DNA from: Macrostomum hystrix
Taxonomy: Eukaryota > Animalia > Platyhelminthes
Direction: 5' to 3'
NCBI GenBank assembly: GCA_950097015.1
Contig: CATNEN010000024.1
Span: 6,820,001-6,884,000 of the forward strand
DNA: 64,000 nucleotides
Each line of letters opens with the position of its first letter. Positions within the stretch are counted from its first letter, which is position 1. Made by a program: the position numbers and the translations under genes. Of the stretch, positions 1 through 11,500 are shown piece by piece. Under the pieces are notes generated by a model. The model had not been told where the DNA came from. It ran no database searches and saw only the letters and a list, made by a program, of their open reading frames with translations.

Positions 1-75
1 TTCTGTCTCATCTCTCCACCGTCTCATCACTCCTGTCTCATCTCTCCACCGTCTCATCAGTTCTGTCTCATCTCT
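1..75. repeat. End of a ~30-bp pyrimidine-rich tandem repeat (TTCTGTCTCATCTCTCCACCGTCTCATCAC), cut by the window edge
   Basis: Two near-identical 30-mers at 1-30 and 31-60, plus a partial third copy. Confidence 0.7.
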
Positions 76-133
76 TCCCTTTCTCATTTATCCCCCCGTC
101 TCACCTCTCTTCTTTCTCATATTCCTACAGTTA

Positions 134-200
134 ATGCGGCCCAAATTCGTCTTTTAGGTTGTCTCCGTGGCCCGCGCGCTAATAAGTTTGCGGACCCCTG
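134..200. mobile_element. One end of a hAT/Charlie-like non-autonomous DNA transposon (MITE)
   Basis: The minus strand reads CAGGGGTCCGCAAACT...GCGGGCCA, typical of hAT-Charlie termini. It is flanked by CTCTAGAC (201-208), matching the NTCTAGAN target consensus of Charlie elements. The other end is not visible. Confidence 0.6.
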
Positions 201-549
201 CTCTAGACGAAATTTTATTAAAAGATTAACAAAGAATGGTGTAAAACAACTGATTGCTAAGTAAATTTTTAAAAACAAAAATTATATCAACGTTTATAAA
301 TGTAGTTAACGGTTCAGACGAAAAAAACCCTATCAATATATGATAGATACACTGTAGCACAGAAGTAAACTGAAAACACGAAACGAAACGGCAAAGTCGA
401 AAAAATATAGATGACAAAAAAGTAATCATGAGTGATAAAAACTAGAAAACGCGTAAGATAGAGCAGTTTTAAACTGGAGTAAATATAAAAAGGCAAGGAA
501 ACATTGAGCACAAAACCACAAGTGGGGTTATCCGCTTTACCCAGGGGCG

Positions 550-1230
550 TGACTAACAAACCCACACAAAGCGTGTGGCGGCTTGCAGCGGAAGCGGAAA
601 TGTACATCAGTAGGAGGCAATCTATATTGGGGTGGTGGGGCTCTAAAAAAAGTTGGAGGCTTGACTAACAAACCCACACAAAGCGTGTGGCGGCTTGCAG
701 AGGATGCGGAAATGTACATTAGTAGGAGGCAATCTATATTGGGGTGGTGGGGCTTTAAAAAAAGTTGGAGGCTTGACTAACAAACCCACACAAAGCGTGT
801 GGCGGCTTGCAGAGGATGCGGAAATGTACATTAGTAGGAGGCAATCTATATTGGGGTGGTGGGGCTCTAAAAAGTTGGAGGCTTGACTAACAAACCCACA
901 CAAAGCGTGTGGCGGCTTGCAGAGGATGCGGAAATGTACATTAGTAGGAGGCAATCTATATTGGGGTGGTGGGGCTCTAAAAAGTTGGAGGCTTGACTAA
1001 CAAACCCACACAAAGCGTGTGGCGGCTTGCAGAGGATGCGGAAATGTACATTAGTAGGAGGCAATCTATATTGGGGTGGTGGGGCTCTAAAAAGTTGGAG
1101 GCTTGACTAACAAACCCACACAAAGCGTGTGGCGGCTTGCAGAGGATGCGGAAATGTACATTAGTTGGAGGCGTGACTAACAAACCCAGAAAAGGCGTGC
1201 GATCATTGCAGGGGATGCGGAACGCGAAAT
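550..1230. repeat. 110/112-bp tandem repeat, ~6 copies, with a 70-bp deleted unit and a degenerate terminal unit
   Basis: TGACTAACAAACCC starts at 550, 662, 774, 884, 994, 1104 and 1174. Confidence 0.92.
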
Positions 1231-2135
1231 TTGTATAAAATCTAGACAAATCGAAAACAATGAAGGAGCCTTGATTGATGACGAAGTCGTGATTAGGCAG
1301 ATTTCAAACAGAAATTCTACGATCATTCCAGCTACTAATTAGCTCTAGAATCAATTTTGTAAAACCAACTTCAGATGGTATATTCGAACATTCAGATGGA
1401 AAATATACTAGGCCATATAAGAGCTATATTCATTTATTGTCACAACGTCAGAGGTTAAGGTAAGTCGAAACTATATTTTAAGCTTCTTATTTAAGTTTTT
1501 TTATTTCCTATATACCTAGGACAGAGAGCAACAAAGAGTCTTAGTGAGTCTTTGTCAAGCTGTAATTTTTTAAAACATTAGTTAAGATCAGCTAAAATAG
1601 TTATACATCAGCGAACACAGCAGAGAAAAAATGTTACAAGGAAACAAAACTGATAAACGGTATATGACGAAAATCATATAACTATGACCTAATGCACAAA
1701 GACTTACATAAAAAATCGAATGTCAGGAAAAGCAGTAAAAAGGAATTGCATTATCAGACACTTTTGAAAGCAGATAAAAATGCTTTGCCTATGAAGGCTA
1801 CAAAGAAGCAATGTTTGTGCTAATAAAAGTGGCTTTTGTCGGAAAAATAAGAAAAAAAGGTAGAAAAATGCTTCTTAAAAAGTAATATTGAGTCAACTTG
1901 TAACAAATAGCTACACTTACTGGAAAAAAATAGTTTTTTATTTAATAGAAATGAATAAGAAAATGCTCAGCTAGCTAGACATAGATATAAAATTAGGTAA
2001 GCTATTTAGCTACCTGTCATAAAAATAAGTAAATGTCTGCCAGGTGTAAAACAACTTCTTTTTCGAATCCTTGTCAATAAGTAAGCCAGAAAAAAACTAA
2101 TACATGTACGAGTATGTACATCAAACAATCCAGAG

Positions 2136-2176
2136 TTAAATGAAAACTGTCTTTGCTGCCTCAGACACCTGAGGTC
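2136..2176 (-). CDS. OTUD4-like gene, putative terminal coding exon (GPQVSEAAKTVFI*)
   Basis: TTTCAG acceptor at 2177-2178; phase 1 matches the previous exon; TAA at 2136-2138. Confidence 0.45.
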
Positions 2177-2512
2177 CTGAAATGTTTGAAAATAGTAATT
2201 GTGAGGCAAATACCAGTGAAACATTGAAGAGAAACCGCTCGTGCCAGATAATGAGACGCTACTGCGAGTACAGTGAATAAAGTGTTAAAACGGCCATTTT
2301 AGGGCTACCAATATCAATAGGAGATTTTTATAGGGAAGGTCAGGCAGCCTTAATGTGATAGAGAGGGAACTAATAAACAAATTAACTTAGAGTAAACAAA
2401 TGACTTACCAAGATAAACATGAAACAGGTTCAGTGCTCGGAAAGCCTGGAAGTGAAAAACTATTGGAAATGTATACTCGCTTGGCCAAGCCATCGCATTG
2501 GAGGAGCACTAC

Positions 2513-2553
<41 letters not shown>

Positions 2554-5500
2554 TGGAGGAGGGCTGCAGGCAATCGCACATCATTGAGTGACACTAGACC
2601 CGCAGCCAGAAAGGAGGCAATTCTGCACATTCCGCTGACTCCTGAGCATACACTCACACAGGTGTGTACATCCGCCCTGATTTTCTTATCGTCAGGCAGT
2701 GTACACACTTTCATGGTGCCTTGAAAGTTGGCCCTCAAGGGCGTAAATTGCGCGACAAGCCCCCGGGCCTTCTCTCCGCGGCTGCGCCCCAAATGAATGT
2801 GGCCTCGCCACGGAATCGAGCTCAGGGACCGTGGTGCGAGAGGCAATCGTGTTAGCATTGCTATAATATTATATGTTAAATGCAAACAAGCTCTAACCTG
2901 GACTCCAATGTTGTAAAAATATCGCACTGTAGACGGGCTGCGGTGAAACAGGTCAGTAGCCAGCTGACAGCAGCTGAAACTGCTGCCAAAATCGATGCTA
3001 GGATCACTGGGATTAACAAATGGAGCCGTGCTAAGTTCTTTGAATAGTGCTACTTCGAGTCCGGGACCACTGCCGCTTCCGCTGCTGCTAGCGCCCATGT
3101 TGTTGTTTTCGTCCTTGCATAGGCCGCAACTGCCGCTATCTGGTTTGGTTAGATGTGCATGCAAAACTTTTGCATAAACTGTAACACATGTCCCTACTAG
3201 ACTGCAACAGCTGACACAAGTCCCAACTAGACTGCAACAGCTGACACAAGTCCCAACTAGACTGCAACAGCTGACACAAGTCCCAACTAGACTGCAACAG
3301 CTGACACAAGTCCCAACTAGACTGCAACAGCTGACACAAGTCCCTACTAGACTGCAACAGCTGACACAAATGGAAGACTTACAATTGAATTCCATAGTGT
3401 AAAAAGCGTCCCTGTTACGCAAGCAGTAAACGGTCTGTAAATTAGAGAAATTATTTAGGGCGCAAGTTGAATCCTTAGATTCCGATAATGCTCATGCGTT
3501 CAGGCGTTAAGTGAATAAAATTAGATTTTACATCGCTTCATAGCGTTGCAGGCATTCAGTCACCCCTGACCTTCAGGGTGTGGTGCCTCAATCCACACAA
3601 GGCATTCAGTCCCCCCTGACCTTCAGGGTGTAGTGCTTCAATCCACACAAGGCATTCAGTCCCCCCTGACCTTCAGGGTGTAGTGCTTCAATCCACACAA
3701 GGCATTCAGTCATCCCCTGACCTTCAGGGTGTAGTGCTTCAATCCACACAAGACATTCAGTCACCCCCTGACCTTCAGGGTGTGGTGCCTCAATCCACAC
3801 AAGGCATTCAGTCACCCCCTGACCTTCAGGGTGTGGTGCCTCAATCTACACAAGGCATTCAGTCACCCCCTGACCTTCAGGGTGTGGTGCCTCAATCCAC
3901 ACAAGGCATTCAGTCACCCCCTGACCTTCAGGGTGTAGTGCTTCAATCCACACAAGGCATTCAGTCATCCCCTGACCTTCAGGGTGTAGTGCTTCAATCC
4001 ACACAAGACATTCAGTCACCCCCTGACCTTCAGGGTGTGGTGCCTCAATCCACACAAGGCATTCAGTCACCCCCTGACCTTCAGGGTGTGGTGCCTCAAT
4101 CCACACAAGGCATTCAGTCACCCCCTGACCTTCAGGGTGTGGTGCCTCAATCCACACAAGGAATTCAGTCACCCCCTGACCTTCAGGGTGTAGTGCTTCA
4201 ATCCACACAAGGCATTCAGTCCCCCCTGACCTTCAGGGTGTAGTGCTTCAATCCACACAAGGCATTCAGTCACCCCCTGACCTTCAGGGTGTGGTGCCTC
4301 AATCCACACAAGGCATTCAGTCACCCCCTGACCTTCAGGGTGTAGTGCTTCAATCCACACAAGGCATTCAGTCCCCCCTGACCTTCAGGGTGTAGTGCTT
4401 CAATCCACACAAGGCATTCAGTCACCCCCTGACCTTCAGGGTGTGGTGCCTCAATCCACACAAGGCATTCAGTCACCCCCTGACCTTCAGGGTGTGGTGC
4501 CTCAATCTACACAAGGCATTCAGTCACCCCCTGACCTTCAGGGTGTGGTGCCTCAATCCACACAAGGCATTCAGTCACCCCCTGACCTTCAGGGTGTAGT
4601 GCTTCAATCCACACAAGGCATTCAGTCACCCCCTGACCTTCAGGGTGTAGTGCTTCAATCCACACAAGGCATTCAGTCCCCCCTGACCTTCAGGGTGTAG
4701 TGCTTCAATCCACACAAGGCATTCAGTCACCCCCTGACCTTCAGGGTGTGGTGCCTCAATCCACACAAGGCATTCAGTCACCCCCTGACCTTCAGGGTGT
4801 GGTGCCTCAATCCACACAAGGCATTCAGTCACCCCCTGACCTTCAGGGTGTGGTGCCTCAATCCACACAAGGCATTCAGTCACCCCCTGACCTTCAGGGT
4901 GTGGTGCCTCAATCTACACAAGGCATTCAGTCACCCCCTGACCTTCAGGGTGTGGTGCCTCAATCCACACAAGGCATTCAGTCACCCCCTGACCTTCAGG
5001 GTGTAGTGCTTCAATCCACACAAGGCATTCAGTCACCCCCTGACCTTCAGGGTGTAGTGCTTCAATCCACACAAGGCATTCAGTCCCCCCTGACCTTCAG
5101 GGTGTAGTGCTTCAATCCACACAAGGCATTCAGTCACCCCCTGACCTTCAGGGTGTGGTGCCTCAATCCACACAAGGCATTCAGTCACCCCCTGACCTTC
5201 AGGGTGTGGTGCCTCAATCCACACAAGGCATTCAGTCACCCCCTGACCTTCAGGGTGTGGTGCCTCAATCCACACAAGGCATTCAGTCACCCCCTGACCT
5301 TCAGGGTGTAGTGCTTCAATCCACACAAGGCATTCAGTCACCCCCTGACCTTCAGGGTGCGGTGCCTCAATCCACACAAGGCATTCAGTCACCCCCTGAC
5401 CTTCAGGGTGCGGTGCCTCAATCCACACAAGGCATTCAGTCACCCCCTGACCTTCAGGGTGTGGTGCCTCAATCCACACAAGGCATTCAGTCACCCCTGA

Positions 5501-8500
5501 CCTTCAGGGTGTGGTGCCTCAATCCGGGCATTCTGATAATTCCCTGATCGATGGGGCAGGCAAGACGCAAAAGTGCCACATAAGAAATGCTCCCCCCTCA
5601 CCTGCACGCCAACATTGAAAAAGAAGACAACGGTGATTGGAGTCAGTTGGAAGAGATCAGTGCCAGCCTGGCAGCGACTGTAGCCGGCATTCAGCTGAAT
5701 AGGCAGCACTGGTAGCAAAGGATTTGGCGCGGGCAGCGGTGCCATGGAAACCGAGGCCAGGAAGGCTGGCATGCTAAAACGGCGTCGCGTCTGCTGCGGC
5801 GGCAGGTGATACAGGTGGGTGTAATCTTTTGGCTGCGGCTGCTGCGGCGGCAGCTGATACAGGTGGGTGTAATCTTCTGGCAGCGGCTGCTGCGGCGGAT
5901 GATTTTGCTTTCCCAGCGTCCAACGGCTAAGCAGGGATTGAGTGTTGATTTATCAGAACAATTACCAGTAATAAATTACCGGTATTAAATTAATATAAAT
6001 GCACTTGTCATTCGCTACAAGAGCTCTAAACAATATACTAATTCATCTGATTTACCTAATAAAAATTAAACAAAAATTAATCGCCTTACCCAGTGACATT
6101 CCTTGGCCTCTCGCAAGCCCATCCAGTTTTGTTCTGCTCAGACTTTGGCATTGTCAGTTTTAGCTGGCTAAAATTGCTAGCGCCCCGAGCGGCAAACCTG
6201 TTCGAGTCGTCCTTGTCTACTGGAAGTAGTTCAAAATTGGGCACAGAATATAAAACTCTAATTGTGTACTCAAATTGTCAAGGAAACAGGCCCAGTTGTG
6301 CCAATTCCACCAGTTGCTTTGACAGTTCATTAGCCTGCTCATTCACCGGTTGCATTGACAGTTCATTAGCCTGCTCATTCACCGGTTGCATTGACAGTTC
6401 ATTAGTCTGCTCATTCACCGGTTGCTTTGACAGTTCATTAGCCTGCTCATTCACCGGTTGCATTGACAGTTCATTAGTCTGCTCATTCACAGGTTGCTTT
6501 GACAGTTCATTAGTCTGCTCATTCACAGGTTGCTTTGACAGTTCATTAGTCTGCTCATTCACAGGTTGCTTTGACAGTTCATTAGCCTGCTCATTCACAG
6601 GTTGCTTTGACAGTTCATTAGTCTGCTCATTCACCGGTTGCTTTGACAGTTTATTAGCCTGCTCATTCACCGGTTGCATTGACGGTTTATTAGCCTGCTC
6701 ATTCACCGGTTGCTTTGACAGTTCATTAGCCTGCTCATTCACCGGTTGCATTGACAGTTTATTAGCCTGCTCATTCACCTGGTTGCTTTGACAGTTCATT
6801 AGTCTGCTCATTCACAGGTTGCTTTGACAGTTCATTAGCCTGCTCATTCACCTGGTTGCTTTGACAGTTCATTAGCCTGCTCATTCACCTGGTTGCTTTG
6901 ACAGTTCATTAGCCTGCTCATTCACCTGGTTGCTTTGACAGTTCATTAGCCTGCTCATTCACAGGTTGCTTTGACAGTTCATTAGCCTGCTCATTCACCG
7001 GTTGCTTTAACAGTTTATTAGCCTGCTCATTCACCTGGTTGCATTGACAGTTTATTAGCCTGCTCATTCACAGGTTGCTTTGACAGTTCATTAGCCTGCT
7101 CATTCACCGGTTGTATTGACAGTTTATTAGCCTGCTCATTCACCGGTTGCTTTGACAGTTCATTAGCCTGCTCATTCACCGGTTGCATTGACAGTTTATT
7201 AGCCTGCTCATTCACCGGTTGCTTTGACAGTTCATTAGCCTGCTCATTCACAGGTTGCTTTGACAGTTTATTAGCCTGCTCATTCACCGGTTGCATTAAC
7301 AGTTTATTAGCCTGCTCATTCACCTGGTTGCATTGACAGTTCATTAGCCTGCTCATTCACCGGTTGCATTGACAGTTTATTAGCCTGCTCATTCACCTGG
7401 TTGCTTTGACAGTTCATTAGTCTGCTCATTCACAGGTTGCTTTGACAGTTCATTAGCCTGCTCATTCACCTGGTTGCTTTGACAGTTCATTAGCCTGCTC
7501 ATTCACCTGGTTGCTTTGACAGTTCATTAGCCTGCTCATTCACCTGGTTGCTTTGACAGTTCATTAGCCTGCTCATTCACAGGTTGCTTTGACAGTTCAT
7601 TAGCCTGCTCATTCACCGGTTGCTTTAACAGTTTATTAGCCTGCTCATTCACCTGGTTGCATTGACAGTTTATTAGCCTGCTCATTCACAGGTTGCTTTG
7701 ACAGTTCATTAGCCTGCTCATTCACCGGTTGTATTGACAGTTTATTAGCCTGCTCATTCACCGGTTGCTTTGACAGTTCATTAGCCTGCTCATTCACCGG
7801 TTGCATTGACAGTTTATTAGCCTGCTCATTCACCGGTTGCTTTGACAGTTCATTAGCCTGCTCATTCACCGGTTGCTTTGACAGTTTATTAGCCTGCTCA
7901 TTCACCTGGTTGCATTGACAGTTTATTAGCCTGCTCATTCACCGGTTGCATTGACAGTTTATTAGCCTGCTCATTCACCGGTTGCTTTGACAGTTCATTA
8001 GCCTGCTCATTCACCGGTTGCATTGACAGTTTATTAGCCTGCTCATTCACCTGGTTGCTTTGACAGTTCATTAGCCTGCTCATTCACCGGTTGTATTGAC
8101 AGTTTATTAGCCTGCTCATTCACCGGTTGCTTTGACAGTTCATTAGCCTGCTCATTCACCGGTTGCATTGACAGTTTATTAGCCTGCTCATTCACCGGTT
8201 GCTTTGACAGTTCATTAGCCTGCTCATTCACCGGTTGCTTTGACAGTTTATTAGCCTGCTCATTCACCTGGTTGCATTGACAGTTTATTAGCCTGCTCAT
8301 TCACAGGTTGCTTTGACAGTTCATTAGCCTGCTCATTCACCGGTTGCATTGACAGTTTATTAGCCTGCTCATTCACCGGTTGCTTTGACAGTTCATTAGC
8401 CTGCTCATTCACCGGTTGCATTGACAGTTTATTAGCCTGCTCATTCACCTGGTTGCTTTGACAGTTCATTAGCCTGCTCATTCACCTGGTTGCTTTGACA

Positions 8501-11500
8501 GTTCATTAGCCTGCTCATTCACCTGGTTGCTTTGACAGTTCATTAGCCTGCTCATTCACCTGGTTGCTTTGACAGTTCATTAGCCTGCTCATTCACCTGG
8601 TTGCATTGACAGTTTATTAGCCTGCTCATTCACCTGGTTGCTTTGACAGTTTATTAGCCTGCTCATTCACCGGTTGCTTTGACAGTTTATTAGCCTGCTC
8701 AGATAGCAAAACAGAATGACAGTGCTCACTTACCACGGCTGTTACCCAGATCAGCCGCTAGTCTAGTTCGACCGGTTGTGACACCAGGTCTATCTCTCCA
8801 GTGCACGTCGGCTTTGAGGCCCAGTGTCTGACGCAGAGCAGCGATCTCGGGCCTAGATTGAGTGGAAGCGGCCGCAGCCGCGGCGGTCAGAGTTGGCCCA
8901 GTGGCCATGGCGGCTGACATCAGTGTTCGACCGAATGAGGACAGGCGACAAATAGGAAGCTCTAGACAGCGGCCACGAATGCTACAGTTACTTGAGTCGT
9001 TGGGCAGGTAGACAATGCACGTGTTGGATTCGGAATTCACCTGGGAATGGATAGTTTCAAGTTAACTGACGATTATTCATTTGTAAAGTAAAGGCAGGTA
9101 CTTTCGATTCAAAACCTGCGATTGGTTGGATTCTGAGCTCACCATCTGAGACTAGTTTTGCTCTGAGCTCACCATCTGAGACTAGTTTTACTCTGTGCTC
9201 ACAATCTGAGACTAGTTTTGCTCTGAGCTCACCATCTGAGACTAGTTTTGCTCTGAGCTCACCATCTGAGACTAGTTTTACTCTGAGCTCACAATCTGAG
9301 ACTAGTTTTGCTCTGAGCTCACCATCTGAGACAGTTTTGCTCTGAGCTCACCATCTGAGACTAGTTTTACTCTGTGCTCACAATCTGAGACTAGTTTTGC
9401 TCTGAGCTCACCATCTGAGACTAGTTTTATTCTGTGCTCACAATCTGAGACTAGTTTTGCTCTGAGCTCACCATCTGAGACTAGTTTTACTCTGTGCTCA
9501 CAATCTGAGACTAGTTTTGCTCTGAGCTCACCATCTGAGACTAGTTTTGCTCTGAGCTCACCATCTGAGACTAGTTTTGCTCTGAGCTCACCATCTGAGA
9601 CTAGTTTTGCTCTGAGCTCACCATCTGAGACTAGTTTTGCTCTGAGCTCACAATCTGAGACTAGTTTTGCTCTGAGCTCACCATCTGAGACTAGTTTTGC
9701 TCTGAGCTCACCATCTGAGACTAGTTTTATTCTGTGCTCACAATCTGAGACTAGTTTTGCTCTGAGCTCACCATCTGAGACTAGTTTTACTCTGTGCTCA
9801 CAATCTGAGACTAGTTTTGCTCTGAGCTCACCATCTGAGACTAGTTTTATTCTGTGCTCACAATCTGAGACTAGTTTTGCTCTGAGCTCACCATCTGAGA
9901 CTAGTTTTGCTCTGAGCTCACCATCTGAGACTAGTTTTGCTCTGAGCTCACCATCTGAGACTAGTTTTGCTCTGAGCTCACCATCTGAGACTAGTTTTGC
10001 TCTGAGCTCACCATCTGAGACTAGTTTTGCTCTGAGCTCACCATCTGAGACTAGTTTTACTCTGAGCTCACCATCTGAGACTAGTTTTGCTCTGAGCTCA
10101 CCATCTGAGACTAGTTTTGCTCTGAGCTCACCATCTGAGACTAGTTTTACTCTGAGCTCACCATCTGAGACTAGTTTTGCTCTGCGCTCACCATCTGAGA
10201 CTAGTTTTGCTCTGAGCTCACCATCTGAGACTAGTTATACTCTGTGCTCACAATCTGAGACTAGTTTTGCTCTGAGATCACCATCTGAGACTAGTTTTGC
10301 TCTGAGCTCACCATCTGAGACTAGTTATACTCTGAGCTCACAATCTGAGACTAGTTTTGCTCTGAGCTCACCATCTGAGACTAGTTTTGCTCTGAGCTCA
10401 CCATCTGAGGCTAGTTTTATTCTGTGCTCACCATCTGAGACTAGTTTTATTCTGTGCTCACAATCTGAGACTAGTTTTGCTCTGAGCTCACCATCTGAGA
10501 CTAGTTTTGCTCTGAGCTCACCATCTGAGACTAGTTTTACTCTGAGCTCACCATCTGAGACTAGTTTTGCTCTGAGCTCACCATCTGAGACTAGTTTTGC
10601 TCTGAGATCACCATCTGAGACTAGTTTTGCTCTGAGCTCACCATCTGAGACTAGTTTTATTCTGTGCTCACCATCTGAGACTAGTTTTATTCTGTGCTCA
10701 CAATCTGAGACTAGTTTTGCTCTGAGCTCACCATCTGAGACTAGTTTTGCTCTGAGCTCACCATCTGAGAGTAGTATGCAAGAGGGGGCTTCTAGGACAA
10801 AAATAATCGCAGCCTCCATTATCCACAAACCATTACTTTTATTATTCCCGAAGAGATCAGGAAAAAAAGGGTCCTCGCCCCTCTAAAAACTCCGTCTCCA
10901 TATTCTAAATTCTCTACTTTTAATATCCCACATCAGTTTGTAAGTTGAATATCTAGGACAAAAATTATCGCAGCCTCCTTAATGCACAAACCATTACCTT
11001 TCCTGAAGGAACAAGGTTCCCCCGCCAAAAAAAAAATACTTTCCAGTTTCTGAACTTGGACAAAAAAATTACCGCAGCCACTCCCTAAGAGATCATGCAC
11101 AAAATAGCGAAGCTGCAAAAAGCGTGCCAAGACAATCAAATTAGCACTAAAATCCCAATCAAGACCCCAAACCTTGGGTGCTCATCCTCCGAAAAAAAAA
11201 TTAAATTCACATTAAAAATGCTCCCAATCGTCTCTCCAGGATCTTATTACAAAAGGCATGAGCCTAATTACAAGAGTAAGTACCAATGCAAACGAGAATG
11301 CAGCGAGTACATGAAGAAATATTGGCCCGGCGTTGATATCAACGTCCCTAATATTAATCAAGCTCTCCAAAGTCACTGGTTTCATAAGTATGGAGTAACC
11401 TACGTCAAGGACTATGACAGCTACTATAACTTTGCAGAAATCATTAAGCAGCTTACATTCTCTCAATGATCAACGTCAATACAAACTCTTCACCGTTGAA

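Noticed and set aside
1300-2000. Plus-strand splice-like signals (GTAAGT near 1460, acceptor near 1520, GTAAGC near 1997)
   Set aside because: All three frames after the acceptor hit early stops, so no coding exon is supported; it could be UTR but cannot be shown.
2460-3422. 320-aa ORF treated as one gene
   Set aside because: It is a chimera of true exon pieces, a minisatellite intron and a SINE with a microsatellite.
3606-8481. Repetitive ORFs (QGIQSPPDLQGVV, QPVNEQANELSK and similar)
   Set aside because: They coincide with intronic minisatellites whose period is a multiple of 3; no splice or codon support.
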